Shown in pieces: positions 55,907 through 64,000 of a stretch of DNA of 64,000 nt (within the stretch, counting starts at the first letter, position 1; each line of letters opens with the position of its first letter). The notes below the pieces were generated by a model. The model saw only the letters and a program-made list of their open reading frames with translations, searched no databases and had not been told where the DNA came from. The translations under genes and the position numbers were made by a program. Origin of the DNA: Bacteroidota bacterium (GTDB lineage: Bacteria > Bacteroidota > Bacteroidia > NS11-12g > UBA955); assembly GCA_013205405.1 (NCBI GenBank), contig JABMMZ010000015.1, positions 1,647 through 65,646 of the forward strand. The letters are read 5' to 3'.

Positions 55907-57505
55907 TTACTGTATTATTATTTTCTTGTTTACAATATTGTCCTTTTCATCTTTAAACTGAACGAAATAAATATCTGCTTTCATATTTCCTTTATCTATT
56001 GTTAGCTGTTTGCCAGTAAAAGTTATTGTTTTTATTTCTTGTCCAAGTATATTGGTAATTTTTATTGCTGTGTTCGTTTGCTCTAAAGAAAAATCGAAAG
56101 TGATAATAGAATTGGAAGGGTTTGGAAATATAACTATAGATTGATTAACATTTTCAATACCAGTAATTCTAACACTGCTGTTACAAAAACTTCCTGAGCC
56201 AATTAGGGCAGTCATTTCGTTACACAAGTAATTATAGTTTACAATAGCTTCGGCAGAAAGCGTGCCTAGCAAAAGGTCGGTATTCTCTAATGGGTCGGTA
56301 ACCACTTTATAAAATTTTTGGGTTCCATTATCAAAATCAATCAGCTTGTAGTCCTTGTTACGCATTGCCTTTCCATCTCCGGCAACGGTTGGTACTTTAA
56401 AGACTTCGGTAAACACCCAAGGTCGAATGTCAATCGCTGTGTTTTTTATAATAGGAAGTAAGCTTTTACTGTCGATAGGCTTATTCGCTGGTATTTGAGT
56501 TGCCCAATTTGTATAACCGAATAATTCTAATATGGTCGCAAATAAATCGTGCGTGTTCACCAATGCTTCGCTCGATCGAATTGGATTCACAATAGATGGG
56601 CCGGAAATAATAAATGGCACATTTACACCCTCCTGGTAAACACTTCCCTTAGCTCCTCCAGTATTTTGAGCTACCTTGGCATCGTTCCCATTATCACCAA
56701 TAAAAATAATATCAGTGCTGTCCAATTTTTGAAAAGCTTGTAAGGAATCGAAAAGTCTTCCTATTTCATGATCCAGTGCTTCTACAGCAGCCTTGAAATA
56801 GAGCTTCGGATTGGCATTAATATCGGCTGCAGTTCCGCTTAAGGAGTTATAGGGATGTAAGCCAGCTGGTGGTAAATGAAAGGGAGAATGTGGTGCGTTA
56901 AATGCAAGCCATAAAAAAAACGGCTTATTTTGTGTTTTCACCCAAGCGATAGCATTATTGGCAGTTTCGGTTGTGGCATAGTTGGTATTATTTGCTGCTA
57001 CGCCATTTGTGATTTTGGTCCAATTGGTAAAACTAGATAACACGCCACTAAAGCTCCCTTCATATCGATCATAACCTAAAATATTCGGAAAGTTATAATT
57101 AGAATTTGGCGTGGATAAATGTAAATGCCATTTTCCAATATTTGCTTTGGCGATACCGTTTGGTTTGTAAATATTTAGTAGTCGCGGAATGGTTACCTCA
57201 GAAGTATCTAACACAGCGGATCCAGCCCCACCAACAGCATTCCCTACACCAGTTCTAAAACTATACCTCCCAGTGAGAATCCCAGCACGTGTGGGAGAAC
57301 ACAACGGGTTTGACCATGCATTTTTGAAACGAACCCCTTTACTAAGCAGTCTTCTTACATTTGGCATATTGCAAGTGTCGAGATGGTTCTCATAGAAGCC
57401 ACAATAATCTGTTCCTAAATCATCGGCAATAATTAAAATAACATTTCGCTGTGCGTATGAATTTATCACAACAAAAAAGAAAAGAAAAGTAAATAGATGT
57501 TTCAT
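55907..57505 (-). CDS. sulfatase (formylglycine-dependent) with T9SS C-terminal sorting domain
   Basis: Signal peptide, NVILIIADDLG, sulfatase motif CSPTRAGILTGR, GKWHL. CTD: VIFPNPSNSIITFDF...ADIYFVQFKDEKDNIVNKKIIIQ. Confidence 0.9.
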   Translation of the reverse strand: MKHLFTFLFFFVVINSYAQRNVILIIADDLGTDYCGFYENHLDTCNMPNVRRLLSKGVRFKNAWSNPLCSPTRAGILTGRYSFRTGVGNAVGGAGSAVLDTSEVTIPRLLNIYKPNGIAKANIGKWHLHLSTPNSNYNFPNILGYDRYEGSFSGVLSSFTNWTKITNGVAANNTNYATTETANNAIAWVKTQNKPFFLWLAFNAPHSPFHLPPAGLHPYNSLSGTAADINANPKLYFKAAVEALDHEIGRLFDSLQAFQKLDSTDIIFIGDNGNDAKVAQNTGGAKGSVYQEGVNVPFIISGPSIVNPIRSSEALVNTHDLFATILELFGYTNWATQIPANKPIDSKSLLPIIKNTAIDIRPWVFTEVFKVPTVAGDGKAMRNKDYKLIDFDNGTQKFYKVVTDPLENTDLLLGTLSAEAIVNYNYLCNEMTALIGSGSFCNSSVRITGIENVNQSIVIFPNPSNSIITFDFSLEQTNTAIKITNILGQEIKTITFTGKQLTIDKGNMKADIYFVQFKDEKDNIVNKKIIIQ

Positions 57506-57638
57506 TTAATATCAATTTGTTATTGCTTGTATTTCACTATACTCAATCCTATTTTGAAATCACAACATTGCTTATAGTGTTTATTGTAGCTCCAGTTATT
57601 TTTACCAATGCTTTATGTGTTGGACGATGTTTGTTTGC

Positions 57639-58093
57639 TTATCCTTCGCTGTTGTCAATCTTTTTTGAAAGATTGGTTTTAGCTCTTTGTATTAATGATT
57701 CTAATGCTTTGGAGCTTATGTTCATAATCTCTGCCACTTCGGCTGGCGATTTTTGTTCAATCTTGGGAATTATTAAAGCCGTTTTTTGATTGTTGGGTAA
57801 TTCATTTATTTTTTAAAAAGGTTATCCAACCCTTATTTATGCTCCAACAAAATACCCGGATGATTGTGTTCTGGTGGATTATGTTTCAAATCATTACTAT
57901 CATCAAAAAAAAGTGAAGTTAGAAAAGCGAAACGCTTTTTTCCTTGTTTAGCTTTCAAAAAATCCAAACTCCTATTTATATTGATGCGATACATCTATGT
58001 TGAAAGAGAAGAATTTTCTTGAAAAGAATTTAAGGACTCATGAACTGCAACAAAAACATCTTGCGTAATCTCCTTTGCATCCTCAATATTTTG
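57639..58093 (-). pseudogene. ECF-type sigma-70 factor remnant with in-frame TAG and TAA, one A-run frameshift, and a lost or uncertain N-terminus
   Basis: The minus strand reads QNIEDAKEITQDVFVAVHESLNSFQENSSLST*MYRININRSLDFLKAKQGKKRF...HPGILLEHK*GLDNLFKK, frameshift, INELPNNQKTALIIPKIEQKSPAEVAEIMNISSKALESLIQRAKTNLSKKI. These are sigma regions 2 and 4. Confidence 0.75.
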
Positions 58094-58253
58094 AACAAGC
58101 CAATGGCACTTTAGAACAAAAAGTAAAATCTGTATTTGCAGGTAAATTAAGTAGTACTAATTTTACAGTTAGCAATGTTATTAGTTTTAATATAGAAGGT
58201 AATAGTAATAGCCCGATAGTGGCTTTGATTATAGAAGTGCCTAAGAGTTAAAT

Positions 58254-59411
58254 TCAATTTTCTAAAATAGAAGTATAAGCAGTTTCAAAGTTTGTATGTT
58301 CAAAATAACTTTGAGCAATATTCAAAGCACCTAATTGCCATATTTTATAGCTCTGGTTAGTCATATTGTTAAATAATGAAATAGCGGTAAAGATAACTTC
58401 AATATCATTTGGCTTCACTTCAATACCTCCATTATTCTGTTCAATATCTCTCCAAGGGGTATTATTACCTATTATAACGGGTACGGCATTGGCAAAACTT
58501 TCAAATATAGCATGTCCAAAATTTTCTCCTAGTGATGGCAATACCATAACATCTGTTTGCTTAAAAATAGTGGTAATTTCTTGATGGGGTAATTCTTTAA
58601 TCCAAGTGTGTTTTACATTGGAAGGCAATTTTTTTAAACCATCTTCAAATTGCATTTGATAATTAGAATCAATACTTGAACCAATAAAAGTAATAGAAAC
58701 TGGATACTTTATTACTTGCAAAACTTGCAAAACAGTGAGAGGATTTTTTTCTGGCGCTATTCTTCCTAAAAATAAAAGACGTAACTCGTTATCAGAATTT
58801 TTGAAAGATTTAGACTCAATTTCATTAATATCAATTGTTGAAATTGGAATATTAGGGGCAATTTTTATGTTAACTTTTCCTAATATTTTTTCAATTTCAT
58901 TTTTTTCAATCTCAGATGTGGCTAAAAATGTTGATTTTTTATACAATCCAAATCCTCGCGCAAAGGCTAAGAAAATATGTTTTTTTATAGGCTTAACACT
59001 TAAGGCACTTTTGTGCAACATGCCTCTTACGGCTACTATAATTTTATGACAGTTATAGGTATTGGTATAAAACAAGGGAAGAATACTAAACCAAAAAGAA
59101 AAAATACCATTTATAATAACAGGGCTATTTTTAGCCTCTAAACAAATAGATTTAATAGTTTTTATACTCGTATTCTTTGCTGATAAGTAAAGTACATTGT
59201 GCTGCGGAGCTATAGTTATCCATTCATCCGATTGAATATCCTGAAAAGCATTAGTGTTTCCGTAATCTGTATTTCTAGTAATTATTTTTACATTGTTTGT
59301 TTTGCTTAAAAGGGTGGCTAAATTATAAACAGATTGAATAGGTCCACCGGCTTTAAATCCCGGTACATACCAATCGGAAAATATATAAATAGTATGATTA
59401 TTCAATTTCAT
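58254..59411 (-). CDS. glycosyltransferase, GT4-like
   Basis: N-terminal FKAGGPIQSV and C-terminal E-x7-E region PSLGENFGHAIFESFANAVPVIIG. Confidence 0.8.
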   Translation of the reverse strand: MKLNNHTIYIFSDWYVPGFKAGGPIQSVYNLATLLSKTNNVKIITRNTDYGNTNAFQDIQSDEWITIAPQHNVLYLSAKNTSIKTIKSICLEAKNSPVIINGIFSFWFSILPLFYTNTYNCHKIIVAVRGMLHKSALSVKPIKKHIFLAFARGFGLYKKSTFLATSEIEKNEIEKILGKVNIKIAPNIPISTIDINEIESKSFKNSDNELRLLFLGRIAPEKNPLTVLQVLQVIKYPVSITFIGSSIDSNYQMQFEDGLKKLPSNVKHTWIKELPHQEITTIFKQTDVMVLPSLGENFGHAIFESFANAVPVIIGNNTPWRDIEQNNGGIEVKPNDIEVIFTAISLFNNMTNQSYKIWQLGALNIAQSYFEHTNFETAYTSILEN

Positions 59412-61221
59412 TATTTTTCATCCAAATACCTAATACCACTATGTTCCATATCATATTCCAACGAATATTTTGTTTGCTATTAAAATAATTGTGTCGTAAA
59501 TTATTTATTTCAAAAGCATTGAAGGCATCATGGTTGCAAATTACATCTAAGCCTTCATTTACAGTTCGCTTTAATTCATTTTTAAGCCAATGCTCCCAGG
59601 GCAAAACAAACCCCTTTTTGGGTCTTTCTACTATTTCTTTTGGCAGTAAATTACCCATCGCATTTACCAATAAAGATTTTGGCACATCGTCTTTTTTATA
59701 GGCTTCTGGTAAAGATAAAATATACTCAACTAATTTATAGTCTAAGAAAGGCTCACGGATTTCTAAGGCATGCGCCATACCCATTTGGTCTGTATCTCTC
59801 AATAGCACCGGCATTAAATAGTTGCGCCATTCTGCTATTGATATAGAAGTATAATTATTGGATTGTGGTCCACTCAATAGATTAAATTTCACATCGCTTT
59901 TAAGAATTTGGGTAATTTGATGTTTAGTAAATAGCTTTCTTACAGCCAGATAGCTATTATTTACATTGATATCATTACTTAGAAGTTCGTATTTTTTTTC
60001 AGATGTATAATCATCTTTAATTTTACCTAAAGTATTAAAAATTGGTTTTCTAAAAGCCGTTGGAATAAGTTTTAAAGCATTTAATTTTTTACTTTTTAAA
60101 TGATTAAAAACAGGGTATCCTCCAAACCATTCATCGCCTCCTATACCAGATAAAGCCACAGAAATTCCTGCATCTTTTACTGCTTTGGATACTACATAAG
60201 TATTTGTACCATCCGAACTTGGGTGGTCTAATGCAGAAAGGGCCTTTGGTAAAAGTGTTAAAAAATCGGAAGCAGTTAAATCTATTTGTGTATGATTTGT
60301 ATTGTATTTTTTAGAAATAAGTGTGGCATATTTGGCTTCACTAAATTCTTTTTCATTAAAGTTAATATTATAAGTATTGGCTTTTATGCCACATTCGCTC
60401 ATTGCAGCTACCACAGCACTGCTATCTATTCCACCCGATAAAAAAGCACCCAATGGGACATCAGACATCAGTCTTTTTTCTACCGCTTGTATTACCAAAT
60501 CTTTTGTTTTTATTTTTGCTTTTTCGAACGAATCTTCGCTAAAGCGAGGAGGGTTTATTTGCCAATATTTTTGAAAAGTAATTTCATTATTTAAAATAAC
60601 AGCCATACTGCCTGCTTCTATTAGTTTAATGCCTTCTACCAATGTGTCGTTTCCTAAAGTAGTTTGAAACGTTAAATAATTAGTTATTTCACTAATATTT
60701 AACTTTTTTTTAATTTTACCAGAGGCTAAAATACTTCTAATCTCTGAAGCAAAAATGATTTCATTGTTTATGGTTTCAGCGTAGTATAATGGTTTTACGC
60801 CTAGCCTATCTCTTATTAAACACAATGTTTTAGCCTCAATATCGTACAAAGCAATGGCAAACATGCCATCTAGTTTTTCTATAAATTGAATGCCCCAATG
60901 CAGATAAGCGGCTAATATTACTTCTGTATCGGTATTGGTTTTAAAATTATAATGAGGAAGCTGCTTTTTTAAAGATAAAAAATTATAAATCTCGCCATTA
61001 AAAGCAACAACTATTTTTTTGTTTTCAGAAAACATTGGTTGATGGCCAGCATTACTCAAGTCAATAATTGAAAGTCTTCTATGTCCTAACGCTATATTTT
61101 CATCTACAAAAGTGCCTTCATCATTTGGTCCACGATGTTGCATAGATTGGTTCATAAGCCCAACTATTTTCTGCGCTTCATTAATATCAGCAATGCCTGT
61201 TATACCATTTATGCCACACAT
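59398..61221 (-). CDS. asnB: asparagine synthase (glutamine-hydrolysing), AsnB family
   Basis: MCGI N-terminal nucleophile, HRGPND, PP-loop FLSGGIDSSAV; 607 aa. Confidence 0.9.
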   Translation of the reverse strand: MCGINGITGIADINEAQKIVGLMNQSMQHRGPNDEGTFVDENIALGHRRLSIIDLSNAGHQPMFSENKKIVVAFNGEIYNFLSLKKQLPHYNFKTNTDTEVILAAYLHWGIQFIEKLDGMFAIALYDIEAKTLCLIRDRLGVKPLYYAETINNEIIFASEIRSILASGKIKKKLNISEITNYLTFQTTLGNDTLVEGIKLIEAGSMAVILNNEITFQKYWQINPPRFSEDSFEKAKIKTKDLVIQAVEKRLMSDVPLGAFLSGGIDSSAVVAAMSECGIKANTYNINFNEKEFSEAKYATLISKKYNTNHTQIDLTASDFLTLLPKALSALDHPSSDGTNTYVVSKAVKDAGISVALSGIGGDEWFGGYPVFNHLKSKKLNALKLIPTAFRKPIFNTLGKIKDDYTSEKKYELLSNDINVNNSYLAVRKLFTKHQITQILKSDVKFNLLSGPQSNNYTSISIAEWRNYLMPVLLRDTDQMGMAHALEIREPFLDYKLVEYILSLPEAYKKDDVPKSLLVNAMGNLLPKEIVERPKKGFVLPWEHWLKNELKRTVNEGLDVICNHDAFNAFEINNLRHNYFNSKQNIRWNMIWNIVVLGIWMKNNEIE

Positions 61222-62267
61222 TATTTAGCCATATTATTTAAAGTATTGGCCCAATCTTGCAAATTTAATTTTCTACCTTCGTTAAAGCTTGCTTCAGCCA
61301 TTGTCCATAGTTCATCATCCGTCATGTTCATTATTTTTTCCAATACCGATTGCAAATGTAAGGCATCGCCTGCTTTAAATTTAAATCCATTATTATCTAC
61401 CAAAAATAGAGTGCCAGCACCTATTTTATCGCTTAATACTAAAGGTAATGCTGCCAAAGCGCATTCATGCACCGCCACACCCCATGGCTCATATAAGCTA
61501 GGTAAAATGTAGATACCACTTATAGTCATTATAGCTTCCATTTCATTGGGTTGTTTAAAACCTAAATGTTGAATATAGGGGTTTTCTAATCTTTGCTTAA
61601 ATAGTTTACCCAAGCCTAAAGAATGCAGCTGCCAATTGTTGCCAGCATTTGAATTGGCACATATGAAAGCTTTCCATAAAGTTGGCAAATCTTTTTGTTC
61701 AATGTAACGGGCAACACTCAGCATTACTTTTGGGTAAATTGTTTTATTAGCTAATTTATTTTTACCAATTGCTTCAAATATGTTATTATCAGCTACATAA
61801 AAACCTGTAAAAATTTGATTAACCTCAAATCCTAAGTGAAGCGCATATTCTTTTTGAGGCTCTCCTGGAACCCATACTTTTTTAAATAATTTTTTTAACC
61901 AAAAGGGTGCTAAGGTTTTTAAAAGACGTTGTTTTAGGTTTCCAAACCATTGATTATCGAAACAAACTACGGTTTCAGCTAAATTAAAATATTTTTTTAT
62001 AACACTTAAATAATACTTATCACCCCAACCAGAACATAAAATTATTTGAGGTTTAAATTCACCAATTTTTGTATTTATATCAGTTTTATTAAGGCCATTA
62101 AATACAATAGTTTCAAGGTTATTAATTGAATTAAATAAAAAAGGTGCTTCTGAATTTATGGGGTAATGTATGAGCAATATTTTAGCATTTTTATGGGCAA
62201 ATAAATAATGTTTTACACATGCCAAAAGATAGCCAGCTAATTCGGTATAGAGGATAAGTACGCGCAA
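61221..62267 (-). CDS. glycosyltransferase, GT4-like
   Basis: PSLYEPWGVAVHECALAALPLVLSD E-x7-E motif. TAATG one-base overlap with the asnB start. Confidence 0.75.
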   Translation of the reverse strand: MRVLILYTELAGYLLACVKHYLFAHKNAKILLIHYPINSEAPFLFNSINNLETIVFNGLNKTDINTKIGEFKPQIILCSGWGDKYYLSVIKKYFNLAETVVCFDNQWFGNLKQRLLKTLAPFWLKKLFKKVWVPGEPQKEYALHLGFEVNQIFTGFYVADNNIFEAIGKNKLANKTIYPKVMLSVARYIEQKDLPTLWKAFICANSNAGNNWQLHSLGLGKLFKQRLENPYIQHLGFKQPNEMEAIMTISGIYILPSLYEPWGVAVHECALAALPLVLSDKIGAGTLFLVDNNGFKFKAGDALHLQSVLEKIMNMTDDELWTMAEASFNEGRKLNLQDWANTLNNMAK

Positions 62268-62272
62268 ATTTT

Positions 62273-62280
62273 TACTTTTG
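62273..62280 (+). promoter_or_regulatory. TAnnTTTG -7 motif upstream of the Wzy-like gene
   Basis: TACTTTTG lies 19 nt before ATG 62300. Confidence 0.4.
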
Positions 62281-62299
62281 CAAAGATTGTTTTAATAAA

Positions 62300-63625
62300 A
62301 TGAATTTCAAAACCTTAATTAGCTGGGGTATGATAGCCTCCTTATTTATGGATGATTTTATCATTTTGAGATTTGTTTTGCCTATAGATTTTTACGTTTA
62401 TTATCTCTTTTTTATTGTTAATATTTCTTATTTTGTAATAAAGAACAAAACCTTAAAAGTACTTCCTAAATGGTTTTTTATAAGTATTACTGTATTAATA
62501 GGCGCTACTTTAGCAGTTAGTATTGGTAATGGCGATTATGGATTTAAAGTACTCAAACAAATTATTGGTATAGTGTTTACTTCAGTAGCTTACTACACTT
62601 TTTTAAGTTTAGAAGATTTTAATATAAAGAAGGTATTTAGAATGTACCTTATTGCTGCTTTTTTAGTTGCTGCTTATGGCTTATTCGAAGAATTACTGCA
62701 TATTCAAGATATTCACATAAGTGCTAATATAAGGCGATCTTCGTTTGGTTTGTATAGAGTATACAGTATTATGGGCGAACCCTATTTTTTGGCAGTTGTG
62801 CTTATTCCTGCATTTTATTTTTTATGGACTACCTTGTATAAAAATGGAATACTGAATGATTTTAGAAAACGTGCTATATTTTTATTTACAGTTGGGGTAT
62901 GCTATATTTTAACGTTTTCCTCTGCCGGTTTTATTGGTTTGGCGCTCATTTTTATTTTTTGGTTGTACAATAGAAAATTCTTTTCACTCACTAATTGGAA
63001 AATATTACTTTTACCTCTTATTGTAATTGCATTTGCCTCTTTGTTTTCTGGGGTGCAAGAAAACTGGAAGGAATTTAATATTAAAGCTACTGAAACTTTT
63101 AAAGTCTTTACAGCTAAAAAGTTTAGCAAGAAAGATGTATCCGATTTAAATTCTAGCACATTTGCATTATACTCAAATTACATAGTTGCTAAATCTTCTT
63201 TCAATTCTAATCCTATAATAGGAACAGGTTTGGGAACGCATGAGGCAAATTACTTAAAGCGGTTTGAACTGTTTTTTGATAAAAATTTTCTAAAAAAGTA
63301 TGGTGCTTTCAATGCAAGTGATGCCAATTCTTTATTTTTAAGATTAATGTCAGAGACGGGTTTGTTGGGCTTAGGTTTATTTTTTACATTTTTGTTTAAA
63401 AATTTTTTAAGAAGAAGAGGTTTTGATGACCCTGAATTAAGAGAGTTTACATTGATTAATCAGGGAATATTCATTTGGTTTATTGTGCGTTTGGTAAGAA
63501 CCGGCAATTACTTTGGAAATGGCTTTTTCCTGTTTTTCTTTTTATATTATTTTACTGCCAAAATTGTGAAACAAAAGTTAAAGGAAAAGAAATTATTGAA
63601 AGATGCTCAAATAAATGTTAAGTAA
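62300..63625 (+). CDS. O-antigen ligase/polymerase (Wzy)-like polytopic membrane protein
   Basis: About 10-11 TM helices with a large loop (residues about 250-340) containing GTGLGTHE. Sits in a glycosyltransferase neighbourhood. Confidence 0.55.
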   Translation: MNFKTLISWGMIASLFMDDFIILRFVLPIDFYVYYLFFIVNISYFVIKNKTLKVLPKWFFISITVLIGATLAVSIGNGDYGFKVLKQIIGIVFTSVAYYTFLSLEDFNIKKVFRMYLIAAFLVAAYGLFEELLHIQDIHISANIRRSSFGLYRVYSIMGEPYFLAVVLIPAFYFLWTTLYKNGILNDFRKRAIFLFTVGVCYILTFSSAGFIGLALIFIFWLYNRKFFSLTNWKILLLPLIVIAFASLFSGVQENWKEFNIKATETFKVFTAKKFSKKDVSDLNSSTFALYSNYIVAKSSFNSNPIIGTGLGTHEANYLKRFELFFDKNFLKKYGAFNASDANSLFLRLMSETGLLGLGLFFTFLFKNFLRRRGFDDPELREFTLINQGIFIWFIVRLVRTGNYFGNGFFLFFFLYYFTAKIVKQKLKEKKLLKDAQINVK

Positions 63626-63632
63626 ATAAAAA

Positions 63633-64000
63633 CTACCAAAAACTATTGTTTTTATAGTTGAGCTTATCTTGGTCTTCTAAAAATTTGTAACGAATACCAA
63701 AACTCGCACCACCATAGGTTCCATTTGTATTTATTTCATCGCCATATCTTATGTATCCAAGCTCTGCGTGTGCAAAAAAAATTGATTTCGCAACTGTGAA
63801 ATTATATTTTATACCAAGATTACAATTGGCTCGGGCAAATGTGGAATAAAAATTAGCCACTTCGGTTCTATTATTATCATAATAAAAATTATTTATTCTT
63901 TTTAGTGCTAACATACCAAAATCTGCACTTATACCGCCAAAAAAGGCAAAATTTTTGAGAAAAGATTTAGATGAAAATTGATACCCTAATCTCAATACTT
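63633..64000 (-). CDS. outer-membrane beta-barrel-like protein, C-terminal part (5' end probably beyond the window)
   Basis: Alternating strands with an aromatic C-terminus (..NNSFW). The frame is still open at the window edge. Confidence 0.4.
   Translation of the reverse strand, partial: VLRLGYQFSSKSFLKNFAFFGGISADFGMLALKRINNFYYDNNRTEVANFYSTFARANCNLGIKYNFTVAKSIFFAHAELGYIRYGDEINTNGTYGGASFGIRYKFLEDQDKLNYKNNSFW

Noticed and set aside
57517-57789. Plus-strand 90-aa ORF, and the 75-aa minus-strand ORF at 55472-55699, as real genes.
   Set aside because: The first is the antisense of readable ECF sigma region 4. The second has no motifs and spans the unassigned segment. Neither has a plausible promoter or start context.
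58094-58251. Small plus-strand CDS ending ...IVALIIEVPKS-stop.
   Set aside because: It has no start codon or promoter, is under 55 codons, and overlaps the possible N-terminal region of the sigma remnant. I kept it only as possible gene debris within the decayed segment.

Overview
AT-rich chromosomal segment from a member of the Bacteroidota, probably Flavobacteriia-like. Supporting signs are two type IX secretion C-terminal sorting domains, a PorV/PorQ-like barrel, TAnnTTTG promoter motifs 15-95 nt upstream of starts, no Shine-Dalgarno sequences, and a PcrB/GGGPS-type prenyltransferase. About 55 protein genes are packed tightly. Housekeeping genes are dtd (partial), recA, an rluB-like gene, fcl, folA, aat, gcvT, aspS, nrdJ, rpmH-rnpA-yidD, sucA, asnS and rpoN. 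There is also a cytochrome c maturation (System I) cluster at 31.5-38 kb, several outer-membrane and T9SS-linked proteins, and a glycosyltransferase / AsnB / Wzy-like polysaccharide cluster at 58-64 kb. I found no rRNA, tRNA, CRISPR array, transposase, integrase or prophage genes. Three things stand out. (1) At least eight genes are disrupted by homopolymer frameshifts, in-frame TAA/TGA/TAG codons or truncation, including ccmF. (2) The ccm cluster is a variant: CcmE carries CxxxY instead of HxxxY, a porin-like gene sits between ccmB and ccmC, a Rossmann/DUF2520 gene overlaps the ccmF end, and no ccmA/G/H is adjacent. (3) A decayed segment at 55.1-58.3 kb holds one intact sulfatase flanked by gene debris, a 71-bp MITE-like element with 9-bp direct repeats, and an unexplained ~220-nt segment with long-range complementarity. 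All family assignments rest on motif recognition by eye. No database search was possible, so they are hypotheses of varying strength.
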